A stretch of 63,792 nucleotides of DNA, filler included, from Octopus bimaculoides (taxonomy: Eukaryota), in assembly GCF_001194135.2 (NCBI RefSeq). It is 8 parts of 7 records of this genome, joined end to end, with 100 filler letters (N's around TTAATTAATTAA, not from the genome) between each part and the next. Parts side by side here need not be neighbours in the genome. Positions count along the whole stretch, not along the records: positions 1 to 14,096 come from NC_068985.1; positions 14,197 to 33,344 come from NC_068983.1; 6 more parts are not named here. One strand, 5' to 3'. Shown here piece by piece: positions 12,068 through 23,390 of this stretch (position 1 is its first letter; the number at the start of each line of letters is the position of its first letter). The translations under genes were made by a program, and so were the position numbers. The notes beneath the pieces were generated by a model. The model ran no database searches. It worked only from the letters and a program-made list of their open reading frames with translations, and was not told where the DNA came from.

Positions 12068-13781
12068 CTCTGCCTTCGCAGTAGTTTTAAGTCAGCAAGT
12101 CCGTCATGCCTCGGCACACATTTACTTCCTGTGTGAAATGTTTATGTGCGAAACTAACCGAGCCATTAATAGCAATAAAGAGAAGGCTTCAATATAATTG
12201 TGGTAATGAGGGGGTTGGAGGGGGTGAGTGGAGGAAGAGGGGGAGAAGGAGAAGGGGAGGAGGAGGAGGTAAAGTAGTGACGGTAGAAGTACAATTGAAG
12301 TGGTTGTCGTTGCGGTTGTTGGTGTTGTTGTTGATGTTGTAGGTGTGTTGGTAGCGGCGGTGGTACCGGCTNNNNNNNNNNNNNNNNNNNNNNNNNNNNN
12401 NNNNNNNNNNNNNNNNNNNNNNNNNNNNNNNNNNNNNNNNNNNNNNNNNNNNNNNNNNNNNNNNNNNNNNNNNNNNNNNNNNNNNNNNNNNNNNNNNNNN
12501 NNNNNNNNNNNNNNNNNNNNNNNNNNNNNNNNNNNNNNNNNNNNNNNNNNNNNNNNNNNNNNNNNNNNNNNNNNNNNNNNNNNNNNNNNNNNNNNNNNNN
12601 NNNNNNNNNNNNNNNNNNNNNNNNNNNNNNNNNNNNNNNNNNNNNNNNNNNNNNNNNNNNNNNNNNNNNNNNNNNNNNNNNNNNNNNNNNNNNNNNNNNN
12701 NNNNNNNNNNNNNNNNNNNNNNNNNNNNNNNNNNNNNNNNNNNNNNNNNNNNNNNNNNNNNNNNNNNNNNNNNNNNNNNNNNNNNNNNNNNNNNNNNNNN
12801 NNNNNNNNNNNNNNNNNNNNNNNNNNNNNNNNNNNNNNNNNNNNNNNNNNNNNNNNNNNNNNNNNNNNNNNNNNNNNNNNNNNNNNNNNNNNNNNNNNNN
12901 NNNNNNNNNNNNNNGGTGGTGGTGGTGTTGGTTATAGTGATGGTGGTGGTGGTGGTGGTGGTGGTGGTGGTGGTAGTGCTGTTTTTGCTGCAGGTACTGG
13001 TGCTGCTCGTTGTTTTAGTTGTTGATGTTATTCCTGAGGTGGTGGTAGTGGCTGCCACTGAGGGATTTGCAATAGTGATGATACAATGCTACAGTTGGTG
13101 GTGATGGTGATGATGATGAGGATGAGGAGGAGGAGCGGAGAGGAGGATTTACAGCACAAGTCCAATTAAAATGATCTTTTACTGTTGTGTAATTTGTGTT
13201 TATGATGAGCATATTTAAAATCCTGGTCCTCGATATAAACTTAAAACGAAGTTTTCCCAGAAATCCTGTCCTACATCTCTTCTTTCTAGCATGTCCGAGG
13301 TAACATTTCAGTCTTCCCCACTTTATTTTTTCCCAAATATCTTGATTTTCTCCCTCTCCACAGCAAATTCAATTTTTAGGCTTTTTTTTTTATTATTTTC
13401 AGATTTTTATTCATGGAGAAAAACGGAGTACGAATTTTTAAGAATTTTACCCATCCCCTCATCATTTTCAAAAAGCTACAATGTTTCACTTTTAACTTTC
13501 GAAAAACGGGGGAATTTTTCTTCAGAAATAATGTCGCTTACCTGTCGTTTCTAGCATGTCGGGTTTTCTGGCGATGGCCTGGTATTTTTTAAGTCTACTA
13601 TTTTAGTAGAATTCTACGCATGCATGAAACAGCCAAAAGTAAAAGATTGCGAGATTTTAGCTATTTGAAGACTGGTAGATGATGGGTTGGCGAGGTGGAG
13701 GAAGGGGCATTGAGTGTTACTTTAAGAAAAATTAAGCAATAAAAAAATGTATGTATATACATATATATATACTCTTTTACT

Positions 13782-14096
13782 CTTTTACTTGTTTCAGTCA
13801 CTTGACTGTGGTCATCCTGGAGCACCGCCTTTAGTCGAACAAATCGACCCCAAGACTTATTCTTTGGATGCCTAGTACTTATTCTATCGGTCTCTTTTGC
13901 CGAACCGCTAAGTTACGGGGACATAAACACACCAGCATCGGTTGTCAAGCGATGTTGGGGGGGGGGGACAGACACAAATATACAAACATATACACACACA
14001 TACATATATATATACATATATACGACGGGCTTCTTTCAGTTTCCGTCTACCAAATCCACTCACAAGGCTTTGGTCGGCCCGAGGCTATAGTAGATG
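13782..14096 (-). mobile_element. SINE family 1 copy, truncated by scaffold join
   Basis: Reverse complement of the family 1 body and tail (tgactgaaacaagtaaaagag). Confidence 0.8.
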
Positions 14097-14140
14097 NNNN
14101 NNNNNNNNNNNNNNNNNNNNNNNNNNNNNNNNNNNNNNNN

Positions 14141-14152
14141 TTAATTAATTAA
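14141..14152. other. Artificial scaffold-join spacer TTAATTAATTAA within a 100-bp gap (44 N + 12 + 44 N). Also at 33389, 48798, 53208, 57297, 58972 and 62292.
   Basis: An identical 12-mer with stops in all six frames is centred in seven exactly 100-bp gaps. Confidence 0.95.
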
Positions 14153-14196
14153 NNNNNNNNNNNNNNNNNNNNNNNNNNNNNNNNNNNNNNNNNNNN

Positions 14197-15750
14197 TGAT
14201 GCCAGTGCCACCTGACTGGCACCTGTGCTGGTGGCACATAAGAAGCATCATTTGAGTGCGGTCGATGCCAGTGCCACCTGACTGGCACCTGTGCTGGTGA
14301 CACGTAAAAAGCATCATTTGAGTGCGGTCGATGCCAGTGCCGCCTGACTGGCACCTGAGCTGGTGGCACATAAGAAGCATCATTTGAGTGTGGACAATAC
14401 CAGTGCTGCCTGACTGGCACCTGTGCTGGTGGCACATAAGAAGCATCATTTGAGTGCGGTCGATGCCAGTGCCGCCTGACTGGCACCTGTGCTGGTGGCA
14501 CATAAGAAGCATCATTTGAGTGTGGACAATACCAGTGCTGCCTGACTGGTACCTGTGATGGTGGCACATAANNNNNNNNNNNNNNNNNNNNNNNNNNNNN
14601 NNNNNNNNNNNNNNNNNNNNNNNNNNNNNNNNNNNNNNNNNNNNNNNNNNNNNNNNNNNNNNNNNNNNNNNNNNNNNNNNNNNNNNNNNNNNNNNNNNNN
14701 NNNNNNNNNNNNNNNNNNNNNNNNNNNNNNNNNNNNNNNNNNNNNNNNNNNNNNNNNNNNNNNNNNNNNNNNNNNNNNNNNNNNNNNNNNNNNNNNNNNN
14801 NNNNNNNNNNNNNNNNNNNNNNNNNNNNNNNNNNNNNNNNNNNNNNNNNNNNNNNNNNNNNNNNNNNNNNNNNNNNNNNNNNNNNNNNNNNNNNNNNNNN
14901 NNNNNNNNNNNNNNNNNNNNNNNNNNNNNNNNNNNNNNNNNNNNNNNNNNNNNNNNNNNNNNNNNNNNNNNNNNNNNNNNNNNNNNNNNNNNNNNNNNNN
15001 NNNNNNNNNNNNNNNNNNNNNNNNNNNNNNNNNNNNNNNNNNNNNNNNNNNNNNNNNNNNNNNNNNNNNNNNNNNNNNNNNNNNNNNNNNNNNNNNNNNN
15101 NNNNNNNNNNNNNNNNNNNNNNNNNNNNNNNNNNNNNNNNNNNNNNNNNNNNNNNNNNNNNNNNNNNNNNNNNNNNNNNNNNNNNNNNNNNNNNNNNNNN
15201 NNNNNNNNNNNNNNNNNNNNNNNNNNNNNNNNNNNNNNNNNNNNNNNNNNNNNNNNNNNNNNNNNNNNNNNNNNNNNNNNNNNNNNNNNNNNNNNNNNNN
15301 NNNNNNNNNNNNNNNNNNNNNNNNNNNNNNNNNNNNNNNNNNNGCCTGACTGGCACCTGTGCTGGTGGCACATAAGAAGCATCATTTGAGTGCGGTCGAT
15401 GCCAGTGCCGCCTGACTGGCACCTGTGCTGGTGGCACATAAGAAGCATCATTTGAGTGTGGACAATACCAGTGCTGCCTGACTGGTACCTGTGATGGTGG
15501 CACATAAGAAGCATCATTTGAGTGTGGACAATACCAGTGCTGCCTGACTGGTACCTGTGATGGTGGCACATAAAAAGCATCACTTGAGTGTGGTCGATGC
15601 CAGTGCCGCCTGACTGGCACCTGAGCTGGTGGCATGTTTGAAGCACCATTCGAGCGTGGTCGATGCCAGTGTTGCTTGACTAGCACCCGTGCCAGTAGCA
15701 TGTAAAAAGCACAGTTTGAGTATGGTCGATGACAGTGCCATTTGACTGCC
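14197..15750 (+). repeat. 66-bp minisatellite array derived from the RTE 3' UTR subrepeat
   Basis: Unit gccagtgccgcctgactggcacctgtgctggtggcacataagaagcatcatttgagtgcggtcgat starts at 14201, 14267, 14333, 14399, 14465 and 14531, and again at 15401-15731 after a 772-N gap. It runs directly into an RTE tail. Confidence 0.9.
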
Positions 15751-15955
15751 CCCCCCCCCCCACTTCCATGCCAGTGGCACATAAAAAACACCCAGTACAC
15801 TTTCAGAGTGGCTGGCATTAGGAAGGACATAGAGCTGTAGAAACCTTGCCAGATCATTTTGGAGCCTGGTGCAGCTCCTGGTTTGCCAGTCCTCAATCAA
15901 ACCATCCAACCCATGCCAACACGGAAAGCAGACGTTAAACAACAATGATAATGAT
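15750..15955 (+). mobile_element. RTE LINE 3' tail ending in (GAT)n
   Basis: taggaagg...agctgtagaaac...ccaacccatgc...gacgttaaac(aatgat)n; same tail as that attached to the RT at 51.5-53.2 kb. Confidence 0.8.
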
Positions 15956-15987
15956 GAAGCTGTATATTCTTTTCTCATCCAACTTAC

Positions 15988-16101
15988 CTTCATGGCTTTA
16001 TTTAGATTGGTGGCATCAAACTCAACTGGTTTCATACAAAGACCAAGAATTGTATCACGGAAACAACCACTAAGTTCACTTTTCAATTCTTTTATTAAAT
16101 C
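15988..16101 (-). CDS. Annexin second core, exon L (DLIKELKSELSGCFRDTILGLCMKPVEFDATNLNKAMK)
   Basis: cag|GAT...AAG|gtaagt; 114 bp, phase 0/0, the same size as first-core exon D; 22/38 aa identical to it. Confidence 0.92.
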
Positions 16102-16743
16102 CTGTGAATAAAATGGTTTCAGAAATTATAATTTTTCGGCTTCTGTCTGTGTGGTTTATTTCTGATGTTGAAGGTGAAGGCAGGTGTTATTGTTTAATGA
16201 AGTTACACTTGAATGAGCAGAGCTACAACAACAGCTCCCCTGCTCTTCTATATTGTCCTTGGTTGAGCAGCCACTTCAGGCACCAGAATCCTTCACATCC
16301 ATCAAGATAAAGCGACTCAATCACTGGTTACAAATCTCCGACTTGGATCCGAGATAAGCAGAGGAGGGAGTCTGGATTAAAATTAGAATATAGCAGAGAG
16401 TGTCAGGGACAAAATTAGCTCACAGGGGGCCCAATATCATATATAAGATCCAAGATGATTCTTCGAAACATTTTCTTGGACAAAAAATGCATCATATGTG
16501 CCATCAAATATGAAATTTAGCTTTCTCCCTTTCAATCCTGAGTTCAAATCATCCAAGAGCTGCTTTTGATTTTTATATCTCTAAGTTCAGTAGAATATGT
16601 AAATCAATTTCAATATCTGATTGCAAAGAAAAACAAAAAAAGAAACAGGATGGTCATGGCTGGTATGCAATTGATCATAGATTTGTTTGATACAACAGCT
16701 GTGGGAATCCTGGGGCTTCAGAACAAAAAATGTGCTAACCCAC

Positions 16744-16838
16744 CTTTCCAAACATGGTCTTAAAGGTTTGCATTATTTTCTGTCTCTGGTTGCATGATCG
16801 ATGGGTTATTACATCTATGATGGCAGCTTCATCAGTAC
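16744..16838 (-). CDS. Annexin second core, exon K (GTDEAAIIDVITHRSCNQRQKIMQTFKTMFGK)
   Basis: Poly-T tract then cag|GT...AAG|gtgggt; 95 bp, the same size as exon C; 20/32 aa identical; GxGTDE motif. Confidence 0.92.
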
Positions 16839-17140
16839 CTGTAAAAAAAAAAAAAAAAAAAAGAACAAATATATTTTTCTTTCATAATTTAATATTTTAA
16901 GTAAAAAAAAAAAAACAGTATTTAATTATTAAGCCTCTGAATTCAAATCCTGTTGAAATCCTCTTTGTCGTTCATCTTCAGTTGTGGTGGGGTGGTGGTA
17001 GGGGTATATCTTATACATTTTACCTTTTATTTATTTCAGTCTTTACACTGCTGCCATGCTGGGGCACCACCTTGAGGGGTTTAATGAAGCCGAACTGCTA
17101 AGTTGTGAGGACACAAATAAACCAACATGTATCACAGTTG

Positions 17141-17308
17141 ATATATTGTATTTTAACGTGTATAAGGTACCCCTTAATTTTTGGGGCTTAAAATTTGGAA
17201 AAAAGGTTTTGTAAGGGATTATAATACTATCCATGTATAAGAAACTCCCATATTTTTTAACCTAATTTTTGACAAAAAAGGGTTCCTTATACACATTAAA
17301 ATACAGTA
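17141..17308. mobile_element. Tc1/pogo-like MITE
   Basis: TIRs attgtattttaacgtgtataagg / ccttatacacattaaaatacagta. Confidence 0.55.
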
Positions 17309-17639
17309 ATTCTAAGAATTTAAAGAACTAAGGTTAAGCAAAGGAACTAAATGATCAAATGATAGAAAATAGAATTCTTATTTTTATAGCCACATCTTCT
17401 CTGATGAAATGTATGAGACGAGATGCTATTGAGGCAGTATTTTATGGTCAGAAGCCCTTCCTGACACTAATCCTTGCTTGGTTTTCCCTCTGCCTATTTG
17501 AAAACTCTCCTGTACATTGACACAATTGTATGTGTGCACTTTGTCAAAAACTGACCTCCGTCTAATAAAAAAAACCTGCCCTGTTCCAATACTTGTCGTT
17601 ATGGAAACAGATTCATTTAAATTATAAAGTTCATTAAGG

Positions 17640-17955
17640 CACGTGAAAAAACATTTGAGCGAGTTCGTTGCCAGTGCCGCTAGACTGGCTCCTGTGCAGG
17701 TGGCACATAAAATACACCATTTTGAGCGTGGCCGTTGCCAGTACCGCCTGACTGGCCTTCATGCCGGTGGCACATAAAAGCACCAACTACACTCTCGTAG
17801 TGGTTGGCGTTAGGAAGGGCATCCAGCTGTAGAAACTCTGCCAGATCAGATTGGAGCCTGGTGTTGCCATCCGATTTCACCAGTGCTCAGTCAAATCATC
17901 CAACCCATGCTAGCATGGAAAGCGGACATTAAACGATGATGATGATGATGATGAT
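17640..17955 (+). mobile_element. RTE 3' UTR/tail copy
   Basis: 66-bp subrepeats, conserved tail and (GAT)n. Confidence 0.85.
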
Positions 17956-17966
17956 TAAGTACTTAC

Positions 17967-18291
17967 CAAAGCCCTTCATAGNNNNNNNNNNNNNNNNNNN
18001 NNNNNNNNNNNNNNNNNNNNNNNNNNNNNNNNNNNNNNNNNNNNNNNNNNNNNNNNNNNNNNNNNNNNNNNNNNNNNNNNNNNNNNNNNNNNNNNNNNNN
18101 NNNNNNNNNNNNNNNNNNNNNNNNNNNNNNNNNNNNNNNNNNNNNNNNNNNNNNNNNNNNNNNNNNNNNNNNNNNNNNNNNNNNNNNNNNNNNNNNNNNN
18201 NNNNNNNNNNNNNNNNNNNNNNNNNNNNNNNCGATGTTGTTTGCTCTGGTAAAGCAGACCTACGACCAAAGTCATGGCCGTCCAATGTTTT
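17967..18291 (-). CDS. Annexin linker / start of repeat 5, exon J (KTLDGHDFGRRSALPEQTTS...gap...AMKGFG). Could be more than one exon.
   Basis: tcag|AAA acceptor in phase 0; ends ATGAAGGGCTTTG|gtaagt in phase 1, like exon B. Interrupted by 250 N. Confidence 0.7.
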
Positions 18292-18319
18292 CTGACTATT
18301 TTTAAATAGATATCTTTTA

Positions 18320-18775
18320 TCTTTTACTTGTTTCAGTCATTAGGCTGTGGCCATGCTGGGGCACCATCTTAAAGAATTTCAATTGAAGGAATTTAGCCCA
18401 GTACTTATTTTTTAAAATTTTAAATTTTTTTGTAAAACCTGGTACTTATTCTATCAGTTTCTTTTGCTGAACTGCTAAGTTACAGGGATGTAAACACACC
18501 AACACTGGTTGTCAAGTGGTAGTGGGGGACAAATACATACACAAACACACACAAACACATAAATATACATGACAGGCTTCTTTCAGTTTCTGTCTACCAA
18601 ATCCACTCACAAGGCTTTGGTTGGTCTGAGGCTATAGTAGAAGACACTTGCCCAAGATGCNNNNNNNNNNTTGGTCTGAGGCTATAGTAGAAGACACTTG
18701 CCCAAGATGCCATGCAGTGGGACTGAACCCAGAACCATGTGGTTGGGAAGCAAACTTCTTAGCACACAGCCATAT
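18320..18775 (-). mobile_element. SINE family 1 copy
   Basis: Full reverse-complement match to family 1. Confidence 0.8.
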
Positions 18776-18839
18776 TGTTGTTGAAATACACTGACTTTGT
18801 TTCAATCAATTTTGAAAATAATGAAGAATTTAGCAAAAT

Positions 18840-19150
18840 AACTGGCACTCTGTCGGTTATGATGACGAGGGTACCTGTTGATCCAATCAGTGGAGCATCT
18901 TGCTTGTGAAATTAACATGCAAGTGGCTGAGCACTCCACAGACATGTAGTTCTCAGAGAGATTCAGTGTGACTCAGGATGTGACCAGGTTGGCCCTTTGA
19001 AATACCGTTGCTACTCATTTTTACCAGCTAGGTTGACTGGAGCAATGTGAAATAAAGTGTCTTGCTCAAGGACACAATGTGCCACCAGGAATCGAACTCA
19101 TGACTTTACGATTGTGAGCTGATTGCCCTAACCACTAAGCCACGTGCCTT
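18840..19150 (-). mobile_element. tRNA-derived SINE (family 3)
   Basis: Minus strand has A box tggcttagtgg, B box gttcgattcc and gtgtccttgagcaagacac. Its 3' part (gtggagtgctcagccacttgc...) is shared with 25930-26322. Confidence 0.75.
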
Positions 19151-19209
19151 CACTGGCTCAGCAATACTGATGTTATAACTTCACAGCTATTTTAATTGTG
19201 GAGGAGTAT

Positions 19210-19640
19210 TGTTAGAGCGTGATCATCGCTAGAACAACTGTCTGGCTTCCGTGCCAGTGGCACGTAAATAGCACCATTTGAGCGTGATTGTTACCAGCGT
19301 GGCCTTACTGGCACTTGTGCTGGTGGCATATGAACAAAACGTTCGAGCGAGATTGTTGCCAGTGCCACTGGACTGGCTCCTGTGCAGGTGGCACGTAAAA
19401 TACACCATATTGAGCATGGCCGTTGCCAGTACCACCTGACTGGCCCTTGTGCCGGTGGCACGTAAAAGCACCCATTACACTCTCTGAGTGGTTGGCGTTA
19501 GGAAGGGCATCCAGCTGTAGAAACTCTGCCAAATCAGATTGGAGCCTGGTGTAGCCATCTGGTTCGCCAGTCCTCAGTCAAATCATCCAACCCATGCTAG
19601 CATGGAAGGCGGATGTTAAACGATGATGATGATGATGAAT
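19210..19640 (+). mobile_element. RTE 3' UTR/tail copy
   Basis: Subrepeats, tail and (GAT)n. Confidence 0.85.
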
Positions 19641-19779
19641 ATCAGGTTGACAATAAAATACTGAAGTGTTCTGTACAATAGAGAATATCGTACTGGTTGG
19701 GAAAATACTGTATGTTGTGGGCTGTAATGATTGATGAAACGCTGTACTGTTATAAGAAGTACAATAAATCTATACTAAC

Positions 19780-19865
19780 CTGTATATCTTCGGATTCCAT
19801 TTTCACTTCTTTATCCAATTGTTTTACACTTTTATTCTGAACTGACTGCACCAGAGCTTTTCCTC
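19780..19865 (-). CDS. Annexin inter-core linker exon I (GGKALVQSVQNKSVKQLDKEVKMESEDIQ)
   Basis: cacttcag|GA...CAG|gttagt; 86 bp, phase 1/0, open. Phases match both neighbouring exons. Ends in MESEDIQ, like the N-terminal exon's MEVEDIE. Confidence 0.7.
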
Positions 19866-21121
19866 CTGAAGTGGTTTTATAATGCAAACATGATACAAGT
19901 ACACACACACAGACAGGTATACAAACACAAAAAGAGTACTCAATGGAAAATACTATTGTGACACACACACAGAGCATAAGACAGTGTGTTTGTAAACGTC
20001 ATGCGATATATTGGCAGAATGGTTGACTGTTGGACTAAATACCCAGCACTTGTTTCAACTTTTTTTTTTTTTTTACCAGTGACAACACTGGTGCCAAGCT
20101 CCACAAACCTTGTTTTGTTTTGATAAACATTTGTGACATGGAGAGACTTGCTGATCTTCCATTAAAAAATAAATAAATACTTTGCCCAGCCCTGAACCGT
20201 TTGGGGTAAATTTGAAATGACGCAAGCACATAGTCAACCCTGACTGACAAAAGCCCTAGATGTCTCTCTCCACTTAATAAAAATACATAAGTGACTCTTT
20301 ATACCTCACAAAATAAATAATCCATCATTGTCTTAGGAAATTTATGCAGTTCAGTGTTTTGTAATTCTATCCACTTATAACAAAACAATTCTTGTAAAAG
20401 CTTTAGAATTCCGTAGAGGTTTTATTTCAGTTGGTGATTCTGACATGAAATAGTATAAGCGCTAGAAGAGTTTTACTATTTTACTAGAATTTTGCAAAGT
20501 ATGGGAGGTTAAATGCTTTAGCCAAGAATTCTTTGATATAGTCATGAGATCATATAATTTGTAAAGTAATAGGAATGCTCATTTTAAGCTGATTTTGATA
20601 AAGATTCTGCTATGTAGAATTCGGTCTTTACACTTTTACTAACAAATTATTCATATAAATGCATGAAGGAATTTTTGTCTCAAAACTACTTTAACTACAA
20701 AGTAAACAACTAAAATCTGAGATGTAAAGTTATATAGATTTTGTTTAAACATATGGCAAAAAATGTCCAAAGTCATTGAATTTGTCTTCTGTTTTCTTTT
20801 GCATACATTTTGTAAAATAATCCAATCCAATTAAACTGGAATAAGCAAAAGTAAATTGTCAGTGTATTTGAATCATGAGGATGATTGATAGGAAACAGTT
20901 ACTTAAAATTTGGAAGAGCAGCATTTTAAAAGTTTTCACTGCATAGTCTTTCTAGAAATCACTACTTTCACAACAGCTGTTTGATATTGTTTAAACACTT
21001 GGCATTTGCAGTAAATAGTAGGATTAAATAGAAACAGTAAATAATAGCATTTGAATTTCTGCACATCCACTGCATAACTGCAAGGAAGTCCAGAGGGAAA
21101 ATAGAATATTTTAAGATATAC

Positions 21122-21155
<34 letters not shown>

Positions 21156-21208
21156 GTAACAAAAGAAAATTATTTATAAATAAGAGAAAAAGCCATATGG
21201 TAACTTGC

Positions 21209-21287
21209 CCATGACTTTTAAATCAGGAGGTTTTCCACCAGCGACTAAGGCCAAAATTATCTTGAGGTAATCTCCTGAGATATCACC
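21209..21287 (-). CDS. Annexin exon H (GDISGDYLKIILALVAGGKPPDLKVM). GC donor at 21208; read-through adds GKLPYGFFSYL* with stop at 21174-21176.
   Basis: acag|GGT acceptor; canonical end of annexin repeat 4; no stop at the usual position; G|gcaagt donor in phase 1. Confidence 0.85.
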
Positions 21288-21432
21288 CTGTAAAATAAAT
21301 AACAAAATATCAGTATGACATGCTAAATAAAACGGAATTTCCAATAGGAAAAATCAATTCCGCTGCAAAACAATAGGTGCAGACATGATCCTTTAGTACA
21401 TACACCTCTCTCTCTATATATATATACATATA

Positions 21433-21464
<32 letters not shown>

Positions 21465-21866
21465 TATCACATACAGGGTCCGCCATAAGTAACTATATAT
21501 TTTCTTTTGCTTGTAATTTTGTTGATACTTATTCAATTTTTCTATTTCATATGGCATTTGAAAGCTGAAATCTTCTACTTTTATTTCTTCCCCCCTCCCC
21601 ACTTCAGATATACTGTTATATCGATTATGTCCACCTGATTAACAAAAGTGCCAAAAAATTGCAAAATGAGAGAGAGAGATAGAGAGAGAAAGGGAGAGGG
21701 GGAGGGAAAGAAAGAGAGAGGAGAAAAGAGAAAAAGGGAGGGAAGGAAAGAGAATAAGAGAAGGGGAGAGGAGAGGGAAGGAAATAGAAAGAGAGAGGGA
21801 GAGAGAGGAATAGAGAAAGAAAGAAAAGAGAGTGGAGAGAGGAAGGGAGGGATGAAGAGAACTTAC

Positions 21867-22048
21867 AGAAATATAATCTTCCAATTTTTGGCTTGCAAGG
21901 TTGAAGAATTCTTTCTTAATCTGCACCATGTCAATTTCACAGCGTGACGTAACAACTCTGACCAAAGTATCATCATCCGTGCCCAGACCTTGCATCGATT
22001 TCATCAGTTGACGAGCAAAATAGTTGGCTTTGTTTTGGATGCATCGCA
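21867..22048 (-). CDS. Annexin exon G (VRCIQNKANYFARQLMKSMQGLGTDDDTLVRVVTSRCEIDMVQIKKEFFNLASQKLEDYIS)
   Basis: aag|TG...TCT|gtaagt; 182 bp; annexin repeat 4 motif. Confidence 0.95.
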
Positions 22049-22770
22049 CTTTAATGAGAGGAAAATCAGACGAGAGAGATCAGATTGGAAACAGACAGGG
22101 TTTTCAGCTTAATCTATCTACGTTCATATTGCATATCTGTCTGGATTAAACTAAATCAATTAAGATCAAAATAACTATTTCGTTTTTTTTGCCTTTTTAA
22201 TTAGGTTCAAAATCTTGTATTTTTTTTAAAATGCTCACTTTTCCATGCTTCCAAAGGTCAAATGAAATTTATTGAGGTAGATTATCTATGGCCGGATGCC
22301 CTTCCTGTGACCAACCCTCACCAGTTTTCAAGCAAGGTAATATTTCCTGGACATGTCCTCGCAGAATATCAGAAATGAATGACACTGCTTGTATAACAGT
22401 GACAATCATTTACAACTATCACATGACCTTAAGACAAGGAGGCACACACACACACACACAGAGGTTTCTTTCAGTTTCCATTTACCAGATCCACTAAAAA
22501 GACTTTGGTTAGCCTGGAGGTATAGTATAAGACATGTGTGCCTAAGGTGCCATACAGTGGAACTAAACCTGGCACCATGTGGTTGGGAAGCAGGGGACTG
22601 AACCCCAAATCATGAAACTGGGAAGCAAACTTCTTAACCACACAGCCATACCTGCACCTATGATAGATATAATTTATCAAAATCCTTAAAAGTGGTGCCC
22701 CAGCATGGCCACGATAGAATGACAAACTTGTGAAAGAATAAAAAGTAAAATCAAAGATGAAAACACAAAC

Positions 22771-23097
22771 CAATGGTGAGCATGCCAGTCAAAAGATCTC
22801 CACTGAGTTCACTCTTCAGGGCATCCTCAATGCTCTTACGGGAAATCTTTGCATATTCGACAAATGTGGCCCTCAGCTGAGGGTAACTTCGAGTGACGAG
22901 AATGGTATGGAATTTTGACTCATCGGTTCCCCATTTGCCTTCACCGGCTTGGTACATTGCTTTAGCATCCTGGTTGGCTTTGTTCCGGTCCACTTGTTTG
23001 CTTTCGCTTCGGTTGGCAGACACCAGTGCCACAAGAAGTCTCTTGAAATGTCCGGATGTTTCAGAAATTATGTCTTTCTCTAAGTCTCGATTGAAAA
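22771..23097 (-). CDS. Annexin exon F (end of repeat 2 and repeat 3; ...SETSGHFKRLLVALV...GEGKWGTDESKF...SELSGDLLTGMLTI)
   Basis: ttttcag|TT...G|gtttgt; 327 bp, phase 1/1; clear annexin motifs. Confidence 0.96.
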
Positions 23098-23247
23098 CTG
23101 AAAAGAACATGGGAAAGAAAAATAAATACTATTAATATAAAAATAGAAAATATTAATATTTTAGGTACAGGAGTAGCTGTGCATTTAAAAAGCTTACTTC
23201 CCAGCCATACGAGTATACATATATATATTTATATATACTTCCCAGCC

Positions 23248-23289
<42 letters not shown>

Positions 23290-23336
23290 NNNNNNNNNNN
23301 NNNNNNNNNNNNNNNNNNNNNNNNNNNNNNNNNNNN

Positions 23337-23387
<51 letters not shown>

Positions 23388-23390
<3 letters not shown>

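Noticed and set aside
14141-15896. 502-aa and 583-aa His/Cys/Pro-rich ORFs; CRISPR-like appearance of the array
   Set aside because: A 66-bp unit equals 22 codons, which keeps frames open. The units are contiguous with no unique spacers and derive from the RTE UTR in a eukaryotic genome.
18621-18710. Exact 40-bp direct repeat around a 10-N gap
   Set aside because: Unmerged contig overlap, i.e. an assembly artefact.
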